A stretch of DNA of 64,000 nt from Polyangiaceae bacterium (GCA_035318465.1 DATHES010000045.1:53214-117213), one strand, 5' to 3'; shown: positions 9,501-19,675, counted from the first letter of the stretch. Numbers and translations: made by a program. Notes: generated by a model not told the origin, from the sequence alone.

Positions 9501-10183
9501 GCGTCCGCCTCGCGCTCGGCATCCTTGCCTGCGCAGGGGCGCCAGCAGCGTGCCGCGACGAGGCCAGCCAAGCCGCCGCGCGCGGCGCAACCCGCGAGCG
9601 CAGCGAAATCGTCGTGGCCAAGGGGGGATCGTCGGAGACCAAAGCGTCGAGCGCGAGCCCCGCCGCATCGCCGCCGCCCACACCGGCTTCTCCGCGCAGG
9701 CTCTGCGACGGACAGCTCGGCAAGCCGGGCCGCGAGCTCACGAAAAAGCCGCTCGCGCGCAAGTTCGCGCCAGGGGCGAGGGCGCCCACCACCACGCTCC
9801 CGACGGGCAGATGGCTGTGGATCAACTTGTGGGCCGCGTGGTGCGCGCCCTGTAAGGAGGAGATGCCGCGTCTTGCGTCGTTTACCTCGCGGCTCGCGCA
9901 GGCCGGACAGGAGGCGACGCTCGTTTTCGTTTCGCTCGACGACGACGAACGACAGCTCGAGCAGTTCCTCGCCAGGGGCGGCGACGGCCTCACCCGTGCT
10001 ACCTATTGGCTGCGTGACGGGCGGGAGCGCGACGACTGGCTGACGGCCATGGGATTGCCCAAGGCGCCCGATCTACCGGTGCAGGTGCTCGTGGATCCGC
10101 GCGGCAAGGTTCGCTGCACGGTGCATGGCGCCATCGAAGACGCCGATTACGCCGAGATCGCCAGCGCGCTCGCCGCGCCGTGA
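9479..10183 (+). CDS. TlpA-like thiol:disulfide oxidoreductase lipoprotein
   Basis: Signal MGRLPTLSVRLALGILAC and thioredoxin motif LWAAWCAPCKEEMP. Overlaps the upstream gene end by 22 nt. Confidence 0.85.
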   Translation: MGRLPTLSVRLALGILACAGAPAACRDEASQAAARGATRERSEIVVAKGGSSETKASSASPAASPPPTPASPRRLCDGQLGKPGRELTKKPLARKFAPGARAPTTTLPTGRWLWINLWAAWCAPCKEEMPRLASFTSRLAQAGQEATLVFVSLDDDERQLEQFLARGGDGLTRATYWLRDGRERDDWLTAMGLPKAPDLPVQVLVDPRGKVRCTVHGAIEDADYAEIASALAAP

Positions 10184-10195
10184 CGCGCCCCCGTT

Positions 10196-10804
10196 TTACC
10201 AGTGGGCGACGTACTCGGCGTCCGATGGGCGCGCACCGACGGTCACCGTGATGGACGGGTCGAAGCCGTGGCACCACACCGTTCCCTCCAGCACACCGCG
10301 CATGTACGCGTCCGCGAAGCAATAGACCCGGCGAAACTGGATGCGCACATGGCGCTCGCCCTGCTCGAGAATGGTCACCTCCAGTCCGGGCACGGTGATC
10401 GCATAGATCCGGGGAGTCGCCTGCACGACTTGCTCGAGCTTCTCGCCGAAGGCAAAGAGCACGATGCGCCCAGCCATGGTGGACGCGAAACTCGGATAGG
10501 CCAGCCACCCCACCCGGCGCAGCCCCTCCGCGAGCGGCTCGTGCGGGTGCAAGATCCCCGCTCCGTTCACCGCCAGATGCATGAAGTCGCGCAGCGGGTA
10601 CTGCAGAAATGGCATCCAGCGGTTGGTCGTCAGCCCCTTGAGAAGCGTGCTCGGCAGGGCGCCGGTGCGCTTGACCACCGCGTCACGCACATGCTGAAAA
10701 AACGTCCCCGTCGTGGTCGACTCGACCGGGCAGTCCTGGATGAGCTGCGCGACATCGATCGTATGACGAAGACTCGGGCCCATCGAAGGGGGCGGCGGAC
10801 GCAT
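10196..10804 (-). CDS. TIGR02265/DUF2378-like myxobacterial paralogous-family protein
   Basis: About 200 aa, coding-like composition, ending ...AEYVAHW. The overall pattern recalls the Myxococcus TIGR02265 family (from memory, not searched). Confidence 0.55.
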   Translation of the reverse strand: MRPPPPSMGPSLRHTIDVAQLIQDCPVESTTTGTFFQHVRDAVVKRTGALPSTLLKGLTTNRWMPFLQYPLRDFMHLAVNGAGILHPHEPLAEGLRRVGWLAYPSFASTMAGRIVLFAFGEKLEQVVQATPRIYAITVPGLEVTILEQGERHVRIQFRRVYCFADAYMRGVLEGTVWCHGFDPSITVTVGARPSDAEYVAHW

Positions 10805-10863
10805 CTTCGTCGAAATTTACCACCACTCTCGCCGCGAGAAACGCGTGATATAAGCGCGCCTCC

Positions 10864-11634
10864 ATGAGCAAGGAGCGCCGGCTCGTCCAGCTCAGCTACT
10901 CTCCGTGGTCAGAGCGGGCGCGATGGGCGCTCGATCATCACGGAATCGCTTACCGCACGGTGGAGCATCTCCCCTTCTTGGGTGAGCTTCGTTTGCGCCG
11001 CATCGTCGGAAAAAAGGACGGCCCTGCCACGGTCCCCGTCCTCATCGACGGTGATGCCGTGCTCAGGGAATCGTGGGACATCGCCCGATACGCCGACCGC
11101 ACCGGCTCGGGTTCCAAACTCATTGCCGCGGAACAGGAGAGCGACATCCGCGCGTGGACGGAGCTTGCCGACCAAGCTTCGTCGCACGTGCGCGCGCTCG
11201 TCGTGTCGGCGTTGCTCACCAGCGAGGCCGCACTCGATGAAGGACTTCCCTTCTCGCTCCCCCCGTGGCTGAGCGCCACCATGCGACCGGTGACGCGCGT
11301 GGCGCTGCGCTGGTTCGCGCGCAAATACGGCGTTTCTTCTGGGGCGGCCGCCGAGCACGAGGACAGAATGCGACCGGCCCTCGACCGTCTGCGTAGCGCC
11401 GTGAAAACCTCGCCGTACCTGCTCGGCAGGTTCAGCTACGCCGACATCGCCATGGCCACGCTGCTGCAAGGCATTTCGCCGGTCGGAAACGGGTACATCC
11501 GACTCGGTCCCGCCACGCGCCGCGCATGGACGCGACCCACGCTGGAATCGGCTTACGCCGATCTGGTTCGCTGGCGCGACAACCTCTACCTCGAGCACCG
11601 GGGCCGTGCGACCGCACCGCCTGTCGCAGGCTGA
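10864..11634 (+). CDS. glutathione S-transferase family protein
   Basis: N-terminal thioredoxin-like part (LSYSPWSERARWALDHHGIAY...VPVLIDGDAVLRESWDIARYAD) and a helical C-terminal domain. Confidence 0.75.
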   Translation: MSKERRLVQLSYSPWSERARWALDHHGIAYRTVEHLPFLGELRLRRIVGKKDGPATVPVLIDGDAVLRESWDIARYADRTGSGSKLIAAEQESDIRAWTELADQASSHVRALVVSALLTSEAALDEGLPFSLPPWLSATMRPVTRVALRWFARKYGVSSGAAAEHEDRMRPALDRLRSAVKTSPYLLGRFSYADIAMATLLQGISPVGNGYIRLGPATRRAWTRPTLESAYADLVRWRDNLYLEHRGRATAPPVAG

Positions 11635-11766
11635 CGTCGCGCGGCACCAAAGCATCGGCCCTTGGTCGGAGTACGAGGGCCTCGCGAACCAACACAAGAT
11701 CAAGGGGCGCACGTTGGCGCAAGCGACGAGCTCCTCTGGGGTTGAAGCTTCGCTTCTGGGGGGACG

Positions 11767-11907
11767 CTTGATAGGCGCCTGCTTGATAAGCGCCTGCTTG
11801 ATAAGCGCCTGATAGAAGCCTGACAAGCGCCTGATAGAGAGAGACCAGAGCCTGATAGAGAGAGACCAGGGGGCCTGATAGAGGCCCGATAGAGGCCCGA
11901 TAGAGCG
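11767..11907. repeat. composite tandem-repeat array with GATA(R) core (about 10 units)
   Basis: Three repeat families are seen. cttgata(g/a)gcgcctg occurs 3 times. (ctg)atagagagagaccag(a/ggg)gc occurs twice. gatagaggccc occurs twice plus partial units. Nine GATA and one GACA cores are spaced 11-23 bp apart, inside a 615-bp non-coding gap. Confidence 0.85.
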
Positions 11908-12249
11908 TAATGATTTGCTCGTACGGCCGCGAGGGGGTCGAACCATACCCGCTTTTAGCCTTCTTTTGCATTTGTTATGGTGAAGTTGGGGGACGTGTGT
12001 CGTGCTGTTGCAGCGACGGCGGGTGCGTCGTAAGAAGTCTTACGCGAGAGTAGCTTCGGTGCGCGCCCGGCGCTGCTTGGAATGGGGGGTGGGAACGATG
12101 AAAGGCTATTGCCGGCTCGAGCTGGACATCGCCGCGCGCAGCTCGGTCGCGGCGGGCATCACGCATTCCGAGCAACCGCGCGGCGAGAATCCGCGCCATG
12201 AGGACCAACGATGGGTTATCGGGCCGCTGGAGACGACGCGAACTCCAGC

Positions 12250-14433
12250 ATGAAAAAAATCCCGGCGAATCCAACGCTGGTCAAGAAGCCTCCGCGCCAG
12301 ATGCGCGAAATGTTCGGCGCCTTGGATCAACGAGAGCAGATCCTCGCGACCTTGGATCTTCCCCGCTCCCTGTTCAAGGAGAGCGAGGCACCAAGCTCGG
12401 CTCGACGGCGCCGCACCAACGATCCTTCGCCTGCAGCGTCGGGTATCGCCGCCCCGCCGTTGTGTGTCCTCCTCATCGAGGACGGAGCCACCTCCGAAAT
12501 TCCGGAGCGAGAGAAGCTGGGAGAGGGCTTCCGCATGCGCCGCGCTCCCTCGGTGCTCGAAGGGTGTGCCGCCCTCGGTCGCGATCATTTCGATGTGATC
12601 TTGCTCGACTTGCGGGTTCGCGACGCCGCCGCTGCCGAGTCGATTGCTCGCCTGAAAGAGGCGAGTAGCGACGTCCCTATCGTCGTCTGGAACGCGAGTC
12701 ACGACGACGCGCTGCGGGTGGAGGCGATGCAGGCGGGCGCGTCGGGTTTCTTGAGCCGGCCCAAGGCGGACGCCACGCTCGGACGTTCACTCCACGCTGC
12801 CGTCGCGCGGCATCGGGAATACCAGCAATTTCGTAACCTCCTTCAGGTCCATCCCGACGGCGTGCTCGTCCTCGACGCCGAGGAGAGCGTGGTCTTCGCC
12901 AATCCTGGTGCGCTCGAGCTTCTCGGCCAGCCCGAAGGAGCACTGATCGGCAAACCCTTCGTCCTTGCGACTCCCGCCAACAGCGACGGTGATTTTCGGA
13001 TCGAGGTGGGCAGCGGCAGGACGGCGGAAGTGCGCACGGCCGCGATCGAATGGCACGGGCTGCGCTGCAGGCTCTTGTGTCTGCGCGACGTGACCGAACG
13101 GCTGCTCGCGCACCAGCGCATCGCCAACCTGGTGAACGAGCTCTTGACCACCAACCAAAAGCTGGTCCACCAGGCGTCGCAGGATCCGCTGACTGGACTC
13201 CTCAATCGGCGCGGTCTGCAGGAGGGTCTGCTCGACGAGCTGGCGCGTATGAACCGCGCCAGCTCGACGCTATCGGTGATGCTGGTCGACTGCGACGATT
13301 TCAAGGGCATCAACGACACGCTGGGTTACGCCATGGGGGACGCGGCGCTCGTCATCGTCGCCAACACGCTGAAGGCAACCCTCCGGCCGCAAGACCGTGT
13401 GGGCCGCATCGGCGGGGACGAGTTTCTCGTCCTGCTCCCCGCCACACGGCCCACCGAAGCGGGACTGGTCGGTCAGCGGCTCCTGCAGGAGCTCGCCATC
13501 GCCGTGCTTCCCCCCGCGTTGCGCGAGCGAAAGCTCACCGTGAGCATCGGCGTCGATCGCGTGCCGCTCGAAGCGATCACGATCGAGGAGGTGATCTCCG
13601 CGGCCTCGATCCCGCTCCGCGTGTCCAAGACCCGAGGCAAGCAGCGGGTGTCGACGGCGGGGATCCCCTCCCTCCGCGACGTGACCATCGACGAGAAGCA
13701 TGTCGCGGCCGTCCTTTCCGACGCCCGGTGCCTGCGCGTGGCGTCGCAGAACATCGTGCGCATCGCGGACAGCACCGTGATCGCCAGCGAGCTCTTGGTG
13801 CGCGGTCCACGCGGCGAGCTCGAGCAACCGGGCGTCCTCTTTGCGCTCGCTAGCAGCAGCAATTCGCTCATCGCCTTCGATCTCAATTGTCTCCGGGCGA
13901 GTATGGCCATCCGTACGCAGCTGACGACATCGGGGCGTTGTCACGTCAACGTTCATCCGCAGACGCTGATCGGCGTTCCTGCGGCGACCATCTTCGACAT
14001 CATCGGCCGCCCTCTCTATCCGCACCAGCTCTGCATCGAGGTGAGCGAGCAGCAGCTCGTCGGCAGCCCGATGCGCCTGCGGGAAAGCCGCAACGCGCTC
14101 CGAGCCCACGGGATCGACATGGCGCTCGACGACGTGGGCTTCGGGCACAGCTCGCTCGAAGCGCTGATCGTCCTCGAACCCGACATCGTCAAGATCGACC
14201 GCCGCTTCGTGCACGGCGTGTCCAAGGACGCGGGCCGGAGCCGGGATCTGCGGCGGCTGGCCGGCGTTCTTCTGGGTCTCGGAGCGGAGGTCATCGCCGA
14301 AGGGGTCGAATCGCAAGCAGACGTCAATGCGCTCATCTCGATCGGCATCGAGCTCGGCCAGGGCTACTTCTGGGATGAACCAATCGAGGTGCTCGCGAGC
14401 GCTCTTTCCTCCTCCGCCGACCGGCTGCACTGA
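12250..14433 (+). CDS. response-regulator receiver-PAS-GGDEF-EAL protein (c-di-GMP turnover)
   Basis: REC-like region (LLIEDG...VILLDL...) is followed by a PAS domain (VLVLDAEESVVFANPGALELLG). The diguanylate cyclase region reads LTGLLNRRG...RPQDRVGRIGGDEF, i.e. GGDEF with an RxxD I-site. The EAL domain has ELL, NVHP, EVSE, DDVGFGHSS, KIDRRF, EGVES and QGYFW. The start is uncertain (ATG 12250 or 12301). Confidence 0.9.
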   Translation: MKKIPANPTLVKKPPRQMREMFGALDQREQILATLDLPRSLFKESEAPSSARRRRTNDPSPAASGIAAPPLCVLLIEDGATSEIPEREKLGEGFRMRRAPSVLEGCAALGRDHFDVILLDLRVRDAAAAESIARLKEASSDVPIVVWNASHDDALRVEAMQAGASGFLSRPKADATLGRSLHAAVARHREYQQFRNLLQVHPDGVLVLDAEESVVFANPGALELLGQPEGALIGKPFVLATPANSDGDFRIEVGSGRTAEVRTAAIEWHGLRCRLLCLRDVTERLLAHQRIANLVNELLTTNQKLVHQASQDPLTGLLNRRGLQEGLLDELARMNRASSTLSVMLVDCDDFKGINDTLGYAMGDAALVIVANTLKATLRPQDRVGRIGGDEFLVLLPATRPTEAGLVGQRLLQELAIAVLPPALRERKLTVSIGVDRVPLEAITIEEVISAASIPLRVSKTRGKQRVSTAGIPSLRDVTIDEKHVAAVLSDARCLRVASQNIVRIADSTVIASELLVRGPRGELEQPGVLFALASSSNSLIAFDLNCLRASMAIRTQLTTSGRCHVNVHPQTLIGVPAATIFDIIGRPLYPHQLCIEVSEQQLVGSPMRLRESRNALRAHGIDMALDDVGFGHSSLEALIVLEPDIVKIDRRFVHGVSKDAGRSRDLRRLAGVLLGLGAEVIAEGVESQADVNALISIGIELGQGYFWDEPIEVLASALSSSADRLH

Positions 14434-14616
14434 CGAAAACGCCTTTCCGCTCTCTCTGGGATGTGGCAAATACCGGTCGGACGTTGAACAAGGGTGCAGG
14501 CTCGTTGCGCTGCAGGACCAAGGGTGGTCGGGCCGCCATCCTCACCGGTGAGCCGGTCGAGGGTCCATGGCGACGAGCGAACATTCGATCGAGAAGCGTA
14601 AGGCGAGACGCCTCCC
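14434..14616 (+). promoter_or_regulatory. structured 5' leader of nhaA (candidate cis-regulatory RNA)
   Basis: 183-nt gap with several stem possibilities (tgcag...ctgca, ggacc...ggtcc, palindrome caccggtg). No SD lies directly before ATG 14617. The class was not identified. Confidence 0.25.
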
Positions 14617-15894
14617 ATGACGGATGGGCGAACGCGCGGGGGCCCGTTCGGCACCGTCATGCGCCCGCTGCAGGCATTTCTGCGCCTCGAGGCGGCGAGC
14701 GGCGTGCTCTTGTTGCTCGCGGCCGCGTGCGCGTTCGTCTGGGCGAACCTCCACGCAAGCTACCTGCGTGTCGTGGCGTATCCGCTCGCGCTCGGTACCG
14801 GCGCGATCCAGACCCATTTCACAGTCGCCGAGCTCGTCAACGACGGCTTGATGACGCTCTTCTTCTTCGTCGTGGGGATGGAGATCAAACGGGAGCTCGT
14901 CGTGGGCGAGCTCAATACCGTGCCCAAAGCGAGCCTTCCCGTCCTCGCCGCGGTCGGCGGCATGATCGTTCCGGCAGGGATCTTTCTGGCGTTCAACTGG
15001 GGGAAACCCGGGCAACGAGGCTGGGGCGTCCCCATCGCCACCGATATTGCCTTCTGTGTCGGCGTGCTGACGCTCCTGCAAAAGCGCGTGCCGCGCGCGC
15101 TCGTCGTCTTCGTAACGGCGCTCGCGATCTTCGACGACATCGGAGGGATCCTGGTGATCGCTCTTTTCTACGGCCACCGGCTCGACGTCGCTTGGCTGCT
15201 CGGAGCGGCCGGATTTTCGCTGCTCCTCGGAATCTTCAATCGCCAGTATGTGCGAAATGGTCTTGCTTACGCCATCGTGGGCGCCGCTCTCTGGTACGCC
15301 CTGCACCGCGGAGGTATCCACGCCACCATCGCCGGCGTCATCACTGGTCTCATGATCCCCGCCCGACCGCCGCGTCCCAGCCGGGAGGTGATCGAGGACC
15401 TCGAAGCGCCTGCCCAGCGCTTCGTGAACGTCCTGCACCCATACGTTGCCTATTTCGTCATGCCGCTGTTCGCGCTGGCCAACTCCGGCGTGTCGCTGCG
15501 CGGCGTGGGCCTGTCGATCCTCGCCACGCCGGTCGCACTCGGCACGGCGCTCGGTCTCTTCGTGGGAAAGCAACTCGGCATCTTCGCGACAGCCGCGCTC
15601 ACGGTGCGGCTCGGCCTTGCCCCGATGCCGGGCGGGGCCCCGCCGTCCAAGCTCTATGGCGTCGCGATCGTCGCGGGAATCGGTTTTACGGTGGCGCTCT
15701 TCATCGCCAACCTCGCCTTTAACGACGATCCCGCGCTCCTCGCCCAAGCCAAGGCCGGCATTTTACTGGGTTCGCTAGGGTCGGGCGTTGTCGGTGCCGC
15801 CCTGCTCGGCACCACTGCGGCGGTTTCTCGCTACCCGGTCGATCATCGAGCTGACGCTAAGCCCACGTTACCTGACCGGACAGGCACGATTTAG
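14617..15894 (+). CDS. nhaA: Na+/H+ antiporter NhaA
   Basis: VNDGLMTLFFFVVGMEIKRE..GEL and WGVPIATDIAF plus ALAIFDDIGGILVIALFY are hallmark NhaA segments. About 12 TM helices. The start could instead be ATG 14659. Confidence 0.95.
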   Translation: MTDGRTRGGPFGTVMRPLQAFLRLEAASGVLLLLAAACAFVWANLHASYLRVVAYPLALGTGAIQTHFTVAELVNDGLMTLFFFVVGMEIKRELVVGELNTVPKASLPVLAAVGGMIVPAGIFLAFNWGKPGQRGWGVPIATDIAFCVGVLTLLQKRVPRALVVFVTALAIFDDIGGILVIALFYGHRLDVAWLLGAAGFSLLLGIFNRQYVRNGLAYAIVGAALWYALHRGGIHATIAGVITGLMIPARPPRPSREVIEDLEAPAQRFVNVLHPYVAYFVMPLFALANSGVSLRGVGLSILATPVALGTALGLFVGKQLGIFATAALTVRLGLAPMPGGAPPSKLYGVAIVAGIGFTVALFIANLAFNDDPALLAQAKAGILLGSLGSGVVGAALLGTTAAVSRYPVDHRADAKPTLPDRTGTI

Positions 15895-16136
15895 CTCCCC
15901 GCGCCGCTCGCCGCCCACAACAGTGTGCGGACCGTGCCGGCCGATCGGGCCTGCACCAGCAGCCCGCAGACCTTGAAAAAGAAGTTCAGACGCATTGGCA
16001 ACCTCCCCGTTGAATGACCATTCGATTGTGGCGCTCGCTTCGTGCCAGCTCTGTGGAGAACTTGTGAGTTTGTGGTGCCACATGCCGGTTGCGCCCAAAG
16101 GCCCACCTATGGTCAACCTGCTCGTCGGCGGTTTCG

Positions 16137-17720
16137 ATGCTGCGCCCCATCTACTTCGCTCTCCTCATTTTTTCCCTCCTTCTCGTGCACGGGTCGGCCG
16201 CGTTCGCCGAGCCCCCGCCCGCGTCGAGCGCCGCAACTCGGCAGGAAGAAGCGATCGACAGCGATTCGCCGCGCGCCGCGCTCTCGGACTACTTCTCGGC
16301 CTGCGATCGGGGCGACTATGCGCATGCCGCGGATGCCCTCGAGCTTCAGCCCAGTGAAAGCGCACGCGGGCCGGCGCTCGCGCGCATGCTCAAAGCCGTG
16401 CTCGATCGACACCTCTCGATCGATCTGGAAACCGTGTCCGTCGATTCGCTCGGCAACCGCGCCGACGGGCTTCCCGCCAATATCGAGGAGATTGGAAAGA
16501 TAACCGACGCGAAAGGCAAGCTCCTGCCCGTACGCCTCGCGCGACGCCAGCGCAACAACGTCGACCGTTGGCTCTTCTCGCACACCACGGTGCAATACGT
16601 CGACGCTTGGTACGGCGAGCTTCCCCAGCGGTGGATGCTCGACCACCTGCCGGAGCCACTGCTTCGACCGGGGCCTCGCGGAGTTCTCCGCTGGCAATGG
16701 ATCGCCCTCCCCCTGCTGGCGTTGCTGTCCCTCGTGGCGGGGGCCATCGCTAGCCGTTTGGTCGTGCCTGGCTTGCGCGCGATCACCTCGAGGACACCGG
16801 CCACATGGGACGACGCCATCGTCTCTCGCCTCGGAGGTCCCCTCGCGCTCGCCATCGCGGTCGCCCTCTCTCTCGCCGCCCTTCCGCTCTTGGCCCTCTA
16901 TCCATCGGCCGACGAGTTCGTGTCGGGGATGCTGCACACCTCGTTTTTCGTAGCCTTCTTTTGGACGCTGCTGCGCTCGATCGACGTCCTCGTCGACATC
17001 ATCCGGCTGTCGCCGTGGGGGATGAGTCACGGCGCATCGCGCTCTGTCATTTCGCTCGGCGCACGAATCGGCAAAGTCGCCCTCGGAATTATGGCCATGG
17101 TCGCGGTCATTTCCGAGCTCGGTTACCCGGTGGCGAGTCTCATCGCTGGACTCGGCATCGGCGGCTTGGCGCTCGCCCTCGCCTCCCAGAAGACATTCGA
17201 GAACTTGTTCGGCGCCTTCTCCCTCGGTGTCGACCAGCCCTTTCGCGAAGGGGACTTCGTCAAGGTCGAGGATTTCATGGGAACGGTGGAAGCCATCGGA
17301 CTTCGCTCGACGCGCATACGGACGCTCGATCGCACCCTCATCACCATTCCCAACGGAAAGCTCGCCGAGATGCGCATCGAGTCGTTTGCGGCCCGCGATC
17401 GCATCCGCCTCGCTTGCATCCTCGGCCTCGTCTACGGGACAACGGCCAACCAGATGCGGCTGGTGGTGGCGGGATTGGAACAGATCCTGCGCGAGCACCC
17501 CAAGATCTGGCCCGAAGGCATCACCGTCCGTTTCCAGGACCTCAAGGCGAGCTCTCTCGACATCGAAATCATGGCTTGGTTCACGACCGCCGACTACACC
17601 GAGTTTCAGCTCATCCGCCAGGAGATCCTGCTTCAGTTCATGGAAGTGGTGGAGAAGGCGGGGACGAGTTTCGCGTTCCCGACGCGCACGGTGCACCTTG
17701 CCGGCGGCAACACGCCCTGA
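16137..17720 (+). CDS. mechanosensitive ion channel (MscS) family protein
   Basis: Has a signal peptide and several TM helices. The core QKTFENLFGAFSLGVDQPFREGDFVKVEDFMGTVEAIGLRSTRIRTLDRTLITIPNGKL is the MscS beta-domain signature. Confidence 0.9.
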   Translation: MLRPIYFALLIFSLLLVHGSAAFAEPPPASSAATRQEEAIDSDSPRAALSDYFSACDRGDYAHAADALELQPSESARGPALARMLKAVLDRHLSIDLETVSVDSLGNRADGLPANIEEIGKITDAKGKLLPVRLARRQRNNVDRWLFSHTTVQYVDAWYGELPQRWMLDHLPEPLLRPGPRGVLRWQWIALPLLALLSLVAGAIASRLVVPGLRAITSRTPATWDDAIVSRLGGPLALAIAVALSLAALPLLALYPSADEFVSGMLHTSFFVAFFWTLLRSIDVLVDIIRLSPWGMSHGASRSVISLGARIGKVALGIMAMVAVISELGYPVASLIAGLGIGGLALALASQKTFENLFGAFSLGVDQPFREGDFVKVEDFMGTVEAIGLRSTRIRTLDRTLITIPNGKLAEMRIESFAARDRIRLACILGLVYGTTANQMRLVVAGLEQILREHPKIWPEGITVRFQDLKASSLDIEIMAWFTTADYTEFQLIRQEILLQFMEVVEKAGTSFAFPTRTVHLAGGNTP

Positions 17721-17737
17721 AGGTCACGCCGCGAGCG

Positions 17738-19675
17738 TCAAGCCTCGGGCAGCGCCGAGAGCCCCGCCGTTCTCGGCTTGGTCACCTGGGACGCCGGCGG
17801 ACCGAGTAGCGTCTGAAGCTCGGTGCGGTCGACGGTTTCGGTCGCGAGGAGCGCCGCGACGAGCCGGTCGAGCGGATCGCGATGCTGCATGATCGTCTTC
17901 TTCGCGTCTTCCGACGCTCGCAAGAGGACGCGGCGCGCTTCCTGTTCGATCAAATGGATGGTGGCGTCGCTCGTGGCGCCCTCGGTGGCCAGCATTTGAC
18001 CGAGGAATGGATGCTCGTTGCGGTGTTCGTAGAAGACGGGGCCGACGTTTTCACTCATCCCGAAATGGGCCACCATCTTGATGGCAAGCTCCGTCGCACG
18101 GCGAAGGTCGTTCTCCGCACCAGACGAAGGGTTTCCGTACACGATCCTTTCGGCGGCGTACCCCGCCATCAACACCCTGAGCCGCGCATCGATCTCGGGC
18201 TGCGTCATGATGTGCTTGTCGGCACTGGGCGTCTGGTGCGTGGCGCCGAGCGCCATGCCACGCGGCAGGATGCTGACCCGCTCGAGCGGCTCGGTCTCGG
18301 GTGTGAAATGCGCCACCACGGCGTGGCCGGCTTCGTGGACCGCGACCCGCTTTTTCTCCTCCGCGTCGAGCAGCGTTTCGCGCACGTCACCGAGGACGAT
18401 CTTGTCGTAGGCCTGCGTGAAGTCGCGGGCGTCGATGGTCTCCGCGTGGCGCCTGGTAGCGGAGAGCGCCGCTTCGTTGACGAGGTTGGCCAGATCGGCC
18501 CCCGAAAACCCGGGCGTATTGTCGGCAATGGCGCCAAGGTCGACGTCGCTGCCGAGGGGCTTGTTGCGGCAATGAACGGCGAGGATCGCGCGGCGGGCGG
18601 CGCGTTCGGGCCGATCGACGACGATGCGCCGATCGAAGCGTCCGGGGCGCAGCAGGGCCGCATCGAGCACGTCGGGACGGTTGGTGGCCGCCATGACGAC
18701 GGTGAGGTCGTTGCGCGTGAACCCGTCCATCTCCGAAAGGAGCTGGTTCAATGTCTGCTCCCGCTCGTCGTTGCCGCCGCCGAGACCGGTCCCGCGCGAA
18801 CGCCCTACGGCGTCAATCTCGTCGATGAAAACGATGGAAGGGGCTTCCTTCTTGGCCTCCTCGAAAAGCGCGCGCACGCGCGAAGCCCCTACGCCGACGA
18901 ACAGCTCGATGAACTCCGAACCGCTGATGGAGAAGAACGGAACACCGGCTTCACCGGCCACCGCCCGCGCCAGCAGCGTTTTGCCGGTACCGGGAGGACC
19001 AACGAGAAGCACCCCCCGCGGCACTTTGCCTCCCAGGCGCTGAAAACGCGCCGGCTCCTTCAAAAAATCGACGATTTCACGGAGATCTTGCTTGGCGGCC
19101 TTGAGACCGGCAACGTCGTCGAATTTGACGGGGACTTGCGACTCGTGGACGTAGCGCCTCGTCGGCCCGCGGACCATGCGCGCCAGCGGATTCTTGGACA
19201 GCATTCCTTGCGCACGTCGCGAGATCCAGGCCCAGGCACCGAGGATGAGGACCCACGGCAATATCGTGAGGAGAATCTGCACGACGAGCGGCTGCTCCTC
19301 GCTCTTGACGGTGACATTCACCGCCTTTTCTCGAAGGAGCGGCAAAAGATCACGATCTTCCTGCGGCGGAAGCATGCTCGTGAACGACGTGACGGACTTT
19401 CCGGCCACCGTCTCGGGGCCCTTGAGGGCGCCGATCACGTTCTGGCCCTTGATGGCCGCGCTCGCGACCTTACCCTCCGAAACGAGGTGGTAAAAATCGG
19501 TGTAGCTGATGCTCGTGTGTTTGCCCTCGCCCGGGGAAAAATACTGCCCCCAGGTCAACATGCCGAGCAACAGAAACGGGACGACCCAGGTCAACCACGA
19601 GGCGCGGCTCCGCTCGGGTTCCGGTGGCGTGCTGGAGGATCGCGGTGGTTGCGCTGCGCTCGGGTCGACGGCCAT
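17738..19675 (-). CDS. ftsH: ATP-dependent zinc metalloprotease FtsH
   Basis: Walker A GPPGTGKT, Walker [10 protein letters not shown], second region of homology, and the zinc motif HEAGHAVV. Two N-terminal TM helices. Confidence 0.97.
   Translation of the reverse strand: MAVDPSAAQPPRSSSTPPEPERSRASWLTWVVPFLLLGMLTWGQYFSPGEGKHTSISYTDFYHLVSEGKVASAAIKGQNVIGALKGPETVAGKSVTSFTSMLPPQEDRDLLPLLREKAVNVTVKSEEQPLVVQILLTILPWVLILGAWAWISRRAQGMLSKNPLARMVRGPTRRYVHESQVPVKFDDVAGLKAAKQDLREIVDFLKEPARFQRLGGKVPRGVLLVGPPGTGKTLLARAVAGEAGVPFFSISGSEFIELFVGVGASRVRALFEEAKKEAPSIVFIDEIDAVGRSRGTGLGGGNDEREQTLNQLLSEMDGFTRNDLTVVMAATNRPDVLDAALLRPGRFDRRIVVDRPERAARRAILAVHCRNKPLGSDVDLGAIADNTPGFSGADLANLVNEAALSATRRHAETIDARDFTQAYDKIVLGDVRETLLDAEEKKRVAVHEAGHAVVAHFTPETEPLERVSILPRGMALGATHQTPSADKHIMTQPEIDARLRVLMAGYAAERIVYGNPSSGAENDLRRATELAIKMVAHFGMSENVGPVFYEHRNEHPFLGQMLATEGATSDATIHLIEQEARRVLLRASEDAKKTIMQHRDPLDRLVAALLATETVDRTELQTLLGPPASQVTKPRTAGLSALPEA

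Noticed and set aside
11767-11907. Possible CRISPR array
   Set aside because: The units are 11-23 bp and directly adjacent without unique spacers. Three unit types are intermixed, and no cas genes are present.
11921-11950. GGTTCGA-containing sequence (minus strand) that looked like a tRNA T-arm or att-site remnant
   Set aside because: I could not form a 5-bp T-stem or an acceptor stem around it. No cloverleaf fits, and no integrase is nearby.
11944-11960. Sigma-54-type promoter (tagcc-N-ttgca) in the AT-rich patch
   Set aside because: There is no GG dinucleotide at the correct 10-nt distance from the GC of TTGCA, so the spacing is off by one.
11990-12249. tmRNA, RNase P, SRP or 6S RNA in the long gap
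   Set aside because: I saw none of the conserved sequence blocks I know for these RNAs on either strand. The region is left as an unassigned leader and would need cmsearch.
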